NCBI GenBank assembly: GCA_024679065.1
Contig: JAGIQG010000011.1
Span: 34,658,001 to 34,722,000 of the forward strand
DNA length: 64,000 bases
Direction: 5' to 3'
DNA from: Sphyrna mokarran
Lineage: Eukaryota
Shown here: piece by piece, positions 37,210 to 49,909 of the stretch
How positions within the stretch are numbered: the first letter of the stretch is position 1
How the letters are laid out: each line of letters opens with the position of its first letter
The notes under the pieces: model-generated
Database searches by the model: none
Seen by the model: the letters and a program-made list of their open reading frames with translations, nothing else
Told to the model about the DNA's origin: nothing
Made by a program: the position numbers and the translations under genes

Positions 37210-38540
37210 TCTTCATTCCCAGTGCTCACCGTGGCTTTAGTCATGGACAGGAACAATGTTTTCCATGGGGATAAGAATATGTATCCATGCCCATGTCTGG
37301 CTGGTTGTGCTTTTTTGTCCTTTATTCATGGGAAGTAAGCCTTGATGGCTAGGCCGCATTTGTTGTGCATCCCTAATTTTCTTGAGAAGGGGATGATGAG
37401 CCACCTGCCATCTGTGTTGCAGGTACAATCAGAGTTCTGATAAGAAGAATGTTCCAGGAATTTGACCCAACGACAGTGAAGCAATGGTGACATAATTCCA
37501 TGTCAGCATGGTGCATGGCTAGTAGGGGAACTTGTGTGACTGGTGTTCCAGTATGTTTGCTGCCCTTGTCTTTCTAGGTGGTAAAAGTCACAGGTTTGGA
37601 AGGGGGTTTGGTGAGTTGCTGCAGTAATTCTTGTAGATTTTGGTGAGTTGCTGCAGTAATTCTTGTAGATGGTGCATAATGCTGCCACTATGCATCAGTA
37701 TTGAAGGGAGTGAATGTTTAAGATGGTGCATGGTCAAGTGTGCTGCATTGTCCTGGTTGGTTTTGAGATTCTTGAGTGTTGTTGAAGGTGCACTCATGCA
37801 GGAAATTGGATTGCATTCCATCAAACCCCTGACTTGTACCTTGTAGGCTTTAGGAAGACTTTGGGGAGTCTGAAGGTGAGTTACTTGCTGCATAATTCCC
37901 AATATTTGTCCTGTCCTTGCAGCCGCACCACTACCATGGTTGTTCCAATTAAGTTTTTGGTCAATGGTACACCTAGAACATTGATAAGAGGGGGTTCAGT
38001 GATAATACCTTTGAATGCGATTGTTAGATTCTCTCTTGCCCAAGATGTCATTTGTTGGCATTTGTATGTTATTTGCCATTTATCAGCCCAAGTCTGAATG
38101 TTGTCCTAGTTCCGCTGCACATGTACACAGACTTCTTCAGTGTCTGAGGAATCGGGATTGGTGCTGAACACTGCGCATTCATCAGGAAATATTCTCACTT
38201 CTGGCTTTTGATGCATGAAAGATCATTAATGAAGCAGCTGAACATGGTTGAGCCTAGGACACTACCCTGAGGAATTCCTGCAGTGATGTCCTGTAGCTGA
38301 GATAATTCATGTTTGACAACCATAACAACCTTCTTTATACTAGGTATGACTCCAAAGAGTGGCAAGCTTTCTGTCTGATCCCCACTCTTCAATTTTGCTA
38401 AGGTCTCTTTAATGCTGCAATTTAGTAAATGCTGCCTCAATGTCGTGCAGTCACTGTCACCTCATCTCACTGCTTTTTTGCTCATTTTTTTGATCAACAC
38501 TGTAATGAAGTGAGGAGTTGAGTGCCCTGGTGGGACTTTT
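37210..38540 (-). mobile_element. CR1-superfamily LINE 'family B' (RT to 3' end)
   Basis: DITAGIPQGSVLGSTMFSCFINDL and YKVQVRGLMECNP, with the family-B tail at ~37320-37400. Confidence 0.8.
37607..37670. repeat. Perfect 2 x 32 bp tandem duplication
   Basis: tttggtgagttgctgcagtaattcttgtagat occurs twice, head to tail. Confidence 0.95.
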
Positions 38541-38859
38541 TTTTTGTGTTATCCTGTGGCATGGGAGAGGTAAGTATGTTAATGATTGTGATGCAACATG
38601 TTTGGGTGATATGGCTATTAGGGTTGAATAGCTGGCGGTCTGTGTAAAATGAAAAAGGTGGGCTCTAAGATTTATAGCAGTGCTAAGTGTGTAAGTATAA
38701 CATGAAGCTATGAATGTTCTGTATACGTCATGATTGTGATTGATTGTTGGTGTGTCAGTGATGAGGGTCCAGTGCATTGAGCAGTATGAAGCTAGTGGTG
38801 CCGTTGGTTGGATTTGATATTTGAAGATGGATTCATGACTATGATGTCTCATTTGAAGT

Positions 38860-39060
38860 CATCAAATTTCTTTTGGCATTGCATCCAGGTTCTCAAGGCT
38901 AAACTTCTTGCATTGACCATGATGGTTATCTGCCTCCATTACTTTCCTTCTGCAGGCCCTCTGCACTGCGCCCCCTCCCCACCCTTTGAATAGAAGACCT
39001 CTTTCGTCCTGTCTACCCTTTGCACCAAGACTTTTAGTGTTGAGTCAAAGAATCTTTACT
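38860..39060 (-). mobile_element. Harbinger Myb/SANT-like ORF relic
   Basis: QRVDRTKEVFYSKGG...WRQITIMVNARSLALRTWMQCQKKFDDF. Confidence 0.65.
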
Positions 39061-40629
39061 TCCTGTCACGTTATCCCATTCTTGTGTCTTTCCCAGATCA
39101 AGGCCATTTGTACAATGAATTCCAGTGAAACTACACCTCTCGTTTCAGAGATCCAGGTTGGTTTTAAGTTACACAGGTTGAATCTGTGCTAGCCACTCAC
39201 ATTTTTCACCTTCTGCTCAGGCACGCAGCCATTCAGCAGCACTGGTTGTTTTCTCAATCATGCAGCAATCAGAGAGGAGGTAAAATTGGCTGGATGCATT
39301 TGGGAGAAGCTTAACTGAGGATATCAATCAGTATCCTGAATCAACAAGAAACACAGACAGACATTCAGTTGGGAGAGGGTGGAAAACACTTGCTCAGTAG
39401 AGCAATGGCGTGGTGGAGAGCTGAATGACTTGCTAAAGGCCAACGCATTATGTCACTCTACAAACAATTATGTATTTCCTTTGCTACTTTGAGCAGAACT
39501 GTTGCCAAATATTGGATGATTACACAAATTACAGGATATGTTTTCACAGCTATTAAATTATGTTGTATACAAGATACACTCATCAGCTGATAATGATCAG
39601 TCAGGCCATTGTTCGGGAAATCTAATGATTCATTATCAGAACAATATTAATGGCTTTATACAAAAGAAATGCAGGATTTCACATTATTCACTATAGAAAT
39701 TCTTTGGCGGTCCTTGTTGTTCCGTGCAAATATTTTAATTAGGTCTAATGAAATCAATTGTGTTACAAATAATTATTCAGGATTGCCACTATGCACATTT
39801 AAAATTGATTCTTGTAAACAAAGTGATTTTCTGTCTTCATTTATTTGGTTTTCTTGCAGAAATTTTTTTTCCTTAACACTTCCTCTAAGTATATCTTCCA
39901 ACAGAAATGCTTTACCTTCATTCACTGAATTAGAGACTAATTGTAAGGAATTGGTCGGCATCATTTTCTATTGCAGCACCCTTACCCTTGTACTCGCCTG
40001 CATTCTGCAGGGAGCACAATCAGTTTTTGTTTTTGTACTTGACCAGTATGCAGCACCATGTGACTGAGGCAGCTGGTCTGTTTTACTCTCACAAAGGCAC
40101 TAGTAATTCCCCTGTAGCTCAGGGCACAAAGAAGTAACAACATTCAGGCATACATTTTGTGCTTACCTCAGGCTGTTGAAAGTGCATGATTTAATGGGAT
40201 TTTGATAGAATTCCCCTTCAAATCAGCACAGCCGTAACTATTGTTTTTCTTTGACCTGATTTCCTAATGAAGGTCTCTTTGTACATGTTGTATGATATAC
40301 CTCCGTGCTTGGATGAAATATTTGGTTTGATTTTAATGTTGCTATTTTCTAGCTTGCTTGAAACATTCCTTCACTGGACTTTCACATGGGTAAAATTGCT
40401 GATATTCCTCGGATCATTTACTTTGCAACTTTCAAAATGACAATAATGCAATATTCCAGAATTACATTTTATGTAAGTACATTTTTCTTATTTTAGTTAA
40501 ACAAACTGATTTCTCATGGGGACCTTCTAGAGCAGAGTTGAGATGTATTTGACTTTCCTTGCCCTCTTGAGAACCATGGCACAGGTACTCCTTATAATAG
40601 AGACAATTAATACTTGGCCTGTGTTGTTG

Positions 40630-40978
40630 TGGAGGTGATGGCTGAGTGGTATTATCGCTAGACTGTTAATTCAGAAACTCAACTAATGTTCTGGTATTTG
40701 GGTTCAAATTCCACCATGGCAGATTGTGAAATTTGATGTCAATAAAAAATATCTCATATTAAAAATCTACTGACGACCACTGTCAATTGTTGGAAAAACC
40801 CATCTGGTTCACCAATGTCCTTTAAGGAAGGAAATCTTCTGCCTTTACTTGGTCTGGCCTATATGTGACTCCAGAACCACAACAATGTGGTTGACACTCA
40901 ATTGCCCTCCCAGGGCAACTAGGGCAATAAATGCTGGCCAGCCAGTGACACCCATGTCTTGTGAATGAATAAGAAAAA
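40630..40978 (+). mobile_element. tRNA SINE family B, near full length
   Basis: Head with A/B-box-like tggctgagtgg and gggttcaaattcc, conserved body, and tail gggcaataaatgctggccagccag...gaatgaataagaaaa. Confidence 0.85.
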
Positions 40979-41789
40979 CGAATGTCATCTACAGCTGTTG
41001 CTGGGTGGAGCACATTTTACCTCAATAATCACAGGTAGGGGAGAGGAAAAATCAGCAAGTGTTCTTGCTCCTGCTCATTCTGTGGTGAGCTTTGTTGGAA
41101 ACACGTGTATGTTTGGATATTGGACACGGTCAGGCCTGCCAGTACTCACAGTCAGGTTTATAGAAGATGAATGGCCATTTGAGCAAGATGCTGGAAGACT
41201 GCCAACCACAACAAAGATAAGAAATGCTGCATCTGCACTTAGTCTTCTCCAAGTTAGCACAGTTCACAATGAGAACTGAGGAAAGAAGTTTGAGCTGTTG
41301 GCCCAGTGTGCCAATACCTGATTAGTATTATGTGTCTGCAAGCCATTGTAATGTAAAGGCTTCCCTCACAGTATTTGCAGTCTTAAAGGGATAACGGCAT
41401 TTACAACTGTAACTGCAAGAAAACATAAATGGCAATGGACAGAAAATTAGAAGAGCTAGACACTGGAAATAGTTACACTAGACACAAGAATGTCTAGAAT
41501 GGTCAAACATGTCCCTAATAAAATGCCAAATGCAACGCAACAAGAGGGCAACTAAAGCGTTGAAACTCTGAGTGGGGGCCATGACGGTGTGGATCTCAAA
41601 TGGGGAGCTCTGCAAGAGGGGGACTTACAGGAGAGATTTTGTGGGGAAGATTCATGTAGGGAGGTCTATGTAGGGGGAACTGTGCAGGGGTGGATCATGA
41701 AGGACCCCAGAGGGCAATGGGTTTAGTGCAGAAAAAATAAATGGCTGAGAAACAGCCGAATAACTTAAACTTAGAGCTCTTGACACAGA

Positions 41790-43060
41790 CGGCAACAGCA
41801 GACCTGGAGAGAGCAGGTAGCCTTGAATGAAGAAAAATTATCTGAGTAACTCAAAAGGAAAATAATGTGCAAAAAGTAAATGTGGTTTTTCCATAAGGAA
41901 AATGTTTGCATCATTGAACTGAAAACACAAGATTCAAGGTGAGTCAACAAAATGATGCAGGGGTACACAAGAAAATAAAAAGGTTAAAAGAGCAATTAAT
42001 TATCCCTCAAAATTAAATACAAAAAGAATGTGTCACCATTCAGCAACATGAAGAAATGAAAACTGACTTAAACAGCAGAATGGAAGCACAGCAGAAGAAA
42101 CTTGAGATCATGCTGAATTACAGGAAAATTCAAGATGAATTATGCAAGCTCTGCAAAGAAAAGAAAACCCATTGAAAGCTCTGCACACACTAGAAGGATC
42201 TTCCAGGTTTGTATAGCACCGTACTTGGTATGATGTGTAGAGTCATATGGTAATAGACTGAGAGATTGTTCCTCTGGAAAATTACAAAGAGAAATAAAAT
42301 GAATTTAGAGTCACTTTGAACAAACTGAAGAATAAGTTGGCAAGGCAGAAAATGATCAATATTCCAGGAGGAAGCTGAAAGTTACAAGAAAGAGATTGAG
42401 GAACTGAAGAAGCAATTGAATGAAAACAGAAGGCATGGAAAGAAAAAGACATAGAATTTTCCAAGCTTTGAGCAAATAATGAAGCCATGAGTAGCATAGT
42501 GATAGTACTGAAGGAAGATTGCACCCAGAGACAGACCCACAGTGAATCCAAAATAAAGAACAAAGTTCTGTTCCAGACAGAGTAACAAAAGACAAAAATG
42601 TGATCAGAAAATGTAAGTCTGACACTGAAGCATAAGAAACTAACAGATAAAGAAGCAATGGCTGTCTCAGACATACTGAGAATCATTACGCTGAGTAAAA
42701 TGATTCATAAACTTGCAGAATGATTTGCAAGCAAAACAGCAAACAAATGGCTGGTTGAGGTGGTGAGTCAAATGGAAATGAAGGTTCCATTTAAAAAACA
42801 TAAACGTCCAGCAAGGAGATGGTGGATGCCACAGAAAAAGAAAATTCAAGTTCACTTTAGGAATAAACAGAGTGCTTATTTCCCTCCGAAGGAACAGGTC
42901 AAACCCACAGTGTCTGAAAAATAGATGAATTGTTCATAATGAGAAATGCAACTTGAAGGAGTGCATAAATCAGATCAAATGGAGATAGCTAAGCAGCAGA
43001 ACAGATAACTATCATTCTCCCAAACATGACAGACCAGGATGTGGAAGAACTCTCAAGCCT
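41790..43060 (+). pseudogene. Decayed coiled-coil coding sequence resembling the UACA/ANKRD24/RAI14 coiled-coil region
   Basis: A/G-rich codon-like tract reading QHEEMKTDLNSRMEAQQKKLEIMLNYRKIQDELCKL, VPLENYKEK*NEFRVTLNKLKNKLARQ and QEEAESYKKEIEELKKQ, in the same order as UACA motifs recalled from memory. Many stops and frameshifts. Confidence 0.45.
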
Positions 43061-43419
43061 CAAGACTGTCAGAATTTATAGAGTTAAAGGATTAACATGG
43101 GACTGTAGACTGCACATGGTATGATGTGTAGAGTTACATGATAATAGACTGAGAGAAGAATCTAGTGAGAGCTCTTTGGAAGCAGCCTGCCTGTATGGCA
43201 GCAGGACCATGCAAGCTTGGAATCACTAAATGGCTAAAGAATAACAAGAAATGCTTCATGTTCATATATGCAAATCTCAAGGATGTTGGTTTTGTCACCT
43301 TGTTGCAATTGGCACAGATTGCACCGATCCAGGAAAATAACATGCAGGCAAAAAAATTGGTACATCCAGTACAAAATAGTTTGCAATTGTCCTGATTTCT
43401 TTCTAATGGCAAATGGGAT

Positions 43420-44170
43420 CACACCAGAAGGCTAATTAGTTTGGATTTTAATCTCATGAGCGAATGAGAGAGATCATTCCCTCTCTTGGAATGTTCCCAC
43501 CTTTCCAGCAGTAGCGCAAATCACTACTGGTCTCCATCAAAGAAGACTTGGCATGATCGTCACACATGGCTTGGAAGCCATTGAAGCTCCTGAGTGTTTG
43601 GGGGTATGGCCAGGCAGTGACCATCAGGTGAAGCTCACCTGGCAATGTCACCTGGCGCACTGGTGGTGCCCATCTAACACAATGGCAATGCCCTCTGGAC
43701 ACCCCAGCAATGGCCTCTGGACAGTATTACAATACAAGTTGGGTGGCCCAGTAATGGTTAGTTGTGCATCGCCAGTGTGCTGGGGCATTTCCAAGGGAGT
43801 GGGGTCCATGCCAGGACAGCTATGCATGGATGTGAGTCGTGCAGGGATGAAAGGGGTCAGAATGGGAGATCCTTCAGGAGGCCCCAATGCCAGAGATCCA
43901 TGTTGGGGTGGGGATGAGGAAACAGTGAGGGGGAAGTCCCGAGGTCCTTGGAGGTAAGTGTTTCCCAGTGCACTGCGAAATTGGAATGCCCTTGAGCAAT
44001 TATGCCCGAGTGCTCTGCAACCAGGCTCGTCAATGTACTTAGGACCCCCGCCTCCCACCCTCATTACCAGCCTCACTCACCGTGCTCCAAAAACACGACT
44101 GAGTGATAGACAATTGCAGTATAGAGCATGCCTGAGAGCCCATGCGGATCACTCCGTTGTTCTTCCCATT
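43420..44170. mobile_element. GC-rich non-autonomous DNA element (Harbinger-like)
   Basis: Composition shift with recurring tggca/tgcca motifs. The ORFs in both directions lack protein motifs. Confidence 0.4.
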
Positions 44171-44178
44171 GACACTTA

Positions 44179-44314
44179 GGCCAGAATTTCTTGGCCGTCC
44201 ACACCCGCAGGATTCTCTGGTCTTGTCACAATGAATGGAGATTTGGCTGAGCACCAAATTCTCTATCTTTACTTGCAGTGGCAACAGAGCATGAACTACT
44301 GGAAAATTCAGGCC
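44179..44314. mobile_element. 136-bp PIF/Harbinger (Tourist-like) MITE
   Basis: TTA|ggccagaatttc...gaaaattcaggcc|TTA: TIRs plus a 3-bp TWA target-site duplication. Confidence 0.8.
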
Positions 44315-45259
44315 TTAGTTTTGGAAAAATGCAGCCCAAGATTTCATTGCTGAGACATCTAAAGAACTCGCATTACAAAAGTTGGTGCCATCTGGTTCCT
44401 GCATTTCATAATGGTGACCGACTTTGATAGTCTAGTCAACATAGACTACAAAACATAGTGTTCCAGTTTGGTCTAGATCACATTTCCTATCAGCAGCTAT
44501 TGTTTGGGTGCCAACGTTTGAGTAAAAATGTATTGCACAATGGGAAAAATCCAAAATGGAATGTTTAATTAAGCCAAAACATTAGCTTATTCCTCTGGCA
44601 AGCCTAATAAAATGGCAATTCTGGTTTCTAGTCAATTCTGTACTGTAAGTGTAAAATCCCTCCAGTTCAAGCATGTAACTAAACATGGATGCAGTATGGG
44701 AAGCTTCACTAACAAAGCATTACTTCATAAGATAATTGTTAACATCTAAAATAATACTGCACTTTGGAAAAATAATTGAAAGAGTTTCCTTGTGACACTG
44801 CATAACTTCCGATTAAAACCTTATGTTCCACAATCACTTCCCACACAGTGGGCTCTGCTGCTGTCAAAGGATATGGGAATACGTAGAAATTGCCTCATAG
44901 CAGTTCCCATGTATGAACTGGAATGTTAACAAAAAGAATAAATTCCCCTTCATAAGTCAGTGTGGTTACATGAGAATATTAGGTTCCCTAAGAATTTTGT
45001 TTCAAGATGTTAGAATTGGTGGCTTCTTCTCTTTCTATATGTTCCTTATCTGATAAATCTTTTTGCGTTTCCTCATTTTGATTCCAAAAAATACACAGAA
45101 TAAATCAGTTTTCAATTATGGGTACCCAGATTTACAGTTTTCACAGAAAAACACCAGTTGCGGAATTCGCTCCTCCACCCCCTCCCTCGCACTCACTCCA
45201 TCAAAAATTCCAGATGAACAATTAATTGTTGGACATCCTTCCCTCTGCGTGCAGTGATG

Positions 45260-45620
45260 GTTTTTTTTATTATTTATTCATGGCACATGGGCATCACTAG
45301 CTGGCCACCATTTATTGCCCAATTCTTAATAGCCTGAGGGCAGTTGAGATTCAATCATATTGCTGTGGCTCTGGACTCACATGTAGGCCAGAACAGATAA
45401 GGACGGCAGATTTCCTTCCTTAAGGGACATTAGTGAATCAGATGGGTTTTTTGGACATTCGACAATGGTTTCATGGTCATCAGCAAATTCTTAATTCCAG
45501 ATATGTTTTATTGAATTCAAATTTGCCATCTGCCGTAGTGGGACATGAACCTGGATTCCCAAAATATCAGCTGACTGATTAATAGTCTGGCAGTAATACC
45601 ACTCGGCCATCATCTCCCAA
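45260..45620 (-). mobile_element. tRNA SINE family B
   Basis: Reverse complement of 40630-40975, with a T-rich end. Confidence 0.85.
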
Positions 45621-45646
45621 ATGTGGCATATCAACCCCCTCACTGA

Positions 45647-46568
45647 TGGGGTAGATTTATATGGTGACTGAAGAAACCAATCCACGTGAAGCACAAGCGC
45701 CGCTCAAGAAATGGAGCCCGGGGGAAGGGGGAGGGGCAGGGTGAATGCTGAGGGCAAAAGGGGGCGAGGGAACATAGTGGAGGTGAGGACAAGGCTGGGA
45801 CTGTGTGGGGAGGTCGGGTCAATGATGTTATGCCGGGGAGGGATGGTTGGGCAAGGTTTGGGGGTGGGACCATGCCAGGGAAGAGTGTTGCTTGGTTGCG
45901 GAGTGGCATGCAAGGTCCTCTGGTGCGCAAGGATAGGTTTGTCCCATGCGGAATTTGATCTAGGTATTTAAATTAGTTACTCTGAAGTTAGAAATGCATT
46001 CCTTCCTTCTAATTCTTTCAGAGTAACTATTAGGATAAAACTGGCAGAACTACCCAAAGTTAGCAACTTAAATCACGTTGTTGGGTGTTCCCAGCTCTGT
46101 GCAATTATCTAGGGGAACATAGCCCTCCTGGACAATTACCAAGTAAACCTTTATATGGAAACATCCAAGAGGGAAACACCCAGGAGGTTACAGCCCCCAA
46201 AATATCTTGCAAATTGCCACCCTCCCCTGGAGGCTATGCTCACCTTTACACCCCCGGGAAGACCTCAATGACAGGTTCACGTCTAGGTGAACCTGCTATA
46301 AATGGCGCAAGTATGACATCACACTGGCACTCATTGAACATCCAGTGAGGGGGAAGTCCCAGAGAGAGTGCACACTAATAACATGTTAATGTATTAACAT
46401 GAGTTTCCTGGGGTCGCATGGCATCTCATGCTACTCCACTGGCAAGCGAGAGCTGGAAGATTGGAACTCGGAAACTTGCCAACACAAATCGTATTTCCGA
46501 GTCTTTCCGGATTTTGTGTATACACTGCCATTCCTGCAGATAGAGAATGGGGGCTCAAAATTGCCCCC
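45647..46568. mobile_element. Non-autonomous Harbinger-like element
   Basis: Termini ggggtagattt...aaaattgccccc around a G-rich interior. Confidence 0.45.
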
Positions 46569-47639
46569 TGTGGGTGTGAAAATACATTAAAAGAATGTGC
46601 TTGAACTGATAGATCATGCACCAAGTTAGAGTGTTCCCAAAAATCTTTTTTTGATTTAGGGAAATGTCTGTTTACCATCAAAAACGATATTCACGTGACA
46701 GCCAAAAATGCGAAAAAGAGTCCACTGGAGGATGATTTGAATGTGCTGGTATGCAGTGCTGGAGAGTTCTGCAATTAGTTTGAAGGGACACATGGATGCA
46801 CAAGAATGCTTTCTGTTCTTGACTGACTTGCTATAGATGTTTTCTTCCTTAAAGGCACATCAACTGAGTAATGCGCTTCGCTTCTGGAAAAAACTGACAA
46901 GCATTTTAAAGGCTTAAAATGACACCATGAACTTAAAAGCCTTTTAATAAATACAAGATGCTGAATATCCCTGACGCACACTAAGATCTTTGACGTCTTA
47001 TGGTGATCCACTTCGAATTGTCCTTTCCCAATGTCTGCAGAATCTACTAATTTCACATGTCAATGCAATGGTGGAGAAATTAATTCAAACAGCAAAAGCG
47101 AAAATTATGCATACCATAAACTGAAAATACTGGATTCTTGGGATTAATAGAGTAGAAAGAGTTCTAACTGAGAAGTTAGATGGGAATAATAAACTCCAAG
47201 AAGCTATGGTTGAATGAGCTGTAACCATTATCTGAATCCTTCAGACAAATCACAGCTTTTAGATTATTTGCCATTACCATATTAATTGTGTTTATATATA
47301 TATATATATATAACTCAAATTTTGTGTCTGCAGCCCTTGCTGATAATGAAAAGATAATGAGGCCATTGCAACTGGATGGGAAATTTAATACCTGTAACAA
47401 TCTGGCTAATGTACTGTGACAAGAGATTGTTATTTTAGGATATTTGCTTTCAGATGTCATTTGAACCTCTCAATTCTATTGCAGTCTTATGCCACATCAA
47501 CTCGTTAACTATTTCATTTGTAGCATGAATGTTTTGTTTTTATATGAGGCTTTTCATTGGCTGTAGCAAAACAATCTAAAGCCCAGAAAGGGTATAATTT
47601 TTATGTAATGATTATGCAGCTATTCAGATATATATAATA

Positions 47640-47930
47640 TAGATACAGAAGCAGGCTATTCGGCCCTGTGAGCCTGCTCTGCAATTCATTTTTATCATCA
47701 AGTTCAAATTCTAAACCCTTTCCCCTGTATTCCTTGATCTCTTTAGTTCCAAGAGCTATATCTAATTTCTTCTTGAAATCAGACAATGTTTTGGCCTCAA
47801 CTACTTTCTGTGATAGTGAATTCCACACATTCGCCACCCTCTGGGTGAAGACATTTCTCCTCACCTCAGCTCTAAAAGGCTTACCTCTTATCCTTGAACA
47901 ATGAACCCTAGTTCTGGATTCCCCCATCAT
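47640..47930 (-). mobile_element. CR1 LINE 3' end
   Basis: GESRTRVH...RRNVFTQRVANVWNSL...FKKKLD. Confidence 0.85.
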
Positions 47931-48739
47931 AGACATGAAATATTCAGAGAAGCATATCAGTCTAGTTGCCAAAGCTGAATATTAACACTAAGTCAATATA
48001 CTTTTCCAACCATGTTCAAATGACTTGTTCTTTTAAAGCAGTATCAATTTTCTTGAAGTCACTTGGGTATTCTGCTCATAAATGAGAAAGTAAACATTCC
48101 ATTCAAAATAGGCAGATGCCTTTGTGTTACGGGGCAATTTGGGTTAAAGAAAAAAAAATCATTTCCTGTTATCTGTGTTAACGTTGGGAGTTTTGCACAC
48201 GTCAAACTGGGCTAAAATATCTCAGAACACCAATTAACAAAGCTCTGGCGATGGCAAGAATCAGGGAAAGGAAATAACACCCTTTATGCTGTACAGTCGT
48301 TACTTTTTAAAGTCTGATTCAATGTGAACTTTTCCTTTCTGCCCAGGGTGTTACCATGAATGAGCTCCAGAACTATTAAAACATTGGTTGGCTTAGGTCA
48401 GGTCATATGACTTGTTGACCTGGAGGAGAAGATCAGAGGCACGAGGAAATGAGCTGCCAGAAGCTGATTGAATTGTAAAAAAATTTCAGTGACTAACTGT
48501 TTCAAAACAATCAGCCTCTTTTAAAAGAATTGAAATGTTAAATCACCATTTTGGAAGTGCAACTGACAATCGGATTCTAAAAGGATGTCTCTGTTAAACT
48601 ACAGAATGTGTAGTGCATAAATTCAGTACTGTTGATTAAACATAGCCAAAAAAGAAGGAAGCAATGAACAGAAATGCTGTCATGCTGTCTAAACTTTAAC
48701 TCCAATCCAGGATTTAATATCAAGCTCTCTGATGAATAA

Positions 48740-49335
48740 TGTGATTGATTCTTAATTGCTCTCTGAAATGCAAGCTACTCAGTTGTATCAAACCTCTGTA
48801 GAATATTTTAATAAGAACAAAATTGGACAGATCACCTGCCATTAACTGAGTAATCTGATACAATAAAGACAGTCATCTGAGCTAACAATGGGAGGTTGGC
48901 ATTAAAATTGGGAGGGTAGTCCCATAGACTAGCCAAAACATCAGCCTGTTCTAATTGTGCTATAGTTATAGTATACAGTCAACGTCCCAGACATCTCCAT
49001 CAATATTCCTGCTTGTGTTCTGGCCCGCAGCAGGACTGATCCACCAGAGATACTGTCACCATTGTACGCAATTGGAAGGGGAATGGTTCTGGAAGTTCTC
49101 AACATTCACTTTGCGTTCCATGACATCCAATGCTATCAGCCCAATATAGGCAAAGAAAGCCTAGAACTGTTTTTCATCCTCCCTTAGCTGACGAATCAAT
49201 ATTCTTCCCCATATTGAGCATGACTTGTAAGAAAAAGTGAGGGTAGTAATGACACCAATGTACTCTGGGTGCAGGATTTTCATATCCATCTCCAAGAATG
49301 GCTCTGTAGCATTGGTTGCGACTTAAAGGACATAG
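48740..49335 (+). mobile_element. LINE family B 5'/endonuclease fragment
   Basis: Degenerate APE-region sequence preceded by ttaattgctctctgaaatgcaagctactcagttgta, which resembles the family-B SINE body. Confidence 0.45.
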
Positions 49336-49909
49336 CTGCCAGACTGGGCTGAAATTAGGTGATGAGGGAAACAACACAAGGGAAAATCTTACTCGATCTC
49401 ATATTCAGCAATCAACCTATTCTTATTGCATCTATTGTTGCAAATATCTACTTTAAACCCACGTGATTTAGGATTCAAAATATATTTACAATAATTGAAT
49501 TTTCATCTGAAGAAATATTAGGGTCTTTGGTTAAAACATTGGTAGGCACCTCAAGTGAATGCAATTCAAACAAGTCTAGGTTTAGTTCATCTATGCTTAT
49601 CCTACAAGATCTGAGTTGATAGTGTAAAAATCTTGAACAATGGATGACACATTTCTGTACCTCTGGGTAGAGCTAGGGTGTCTAATGTTACTCCATAAAA
49701 GACACTAAAAGCTTGCAATTCTGTTAAGAGAAACATAAAATCAATTAACAATATAAAGTATTCAAATTGGTTGCAGAATCGAAGAGTCATGTTCAGGATG
49801 AAATAATTCATTTGCATTTCTGGTTTATTCATCCCTAAGACATGTTACATTGCCATGGATATAATGGTTCAGGCTAGAATCTTGGATGGAAGGTTATTTC
49901 ATTTAATTC

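Noticed and set aside
38560-38860. G/T-skewed tract as a possible NUMT or 131-aa gene; atacttacct as a possible U1 5' end
   Set aside because: No mitochondrial protein, tRNA or rRNA motif is recognisable and the U1 match does not extend. It adjoins a Harbinger Myb relic.
42282-42855. Hydrophobic F/L/S-rich ORFs on the minus strand resembling membrane proteins
   Set aside because: They are the antisense shadow of the A/G-rich coiled-coil relic on the + strand.
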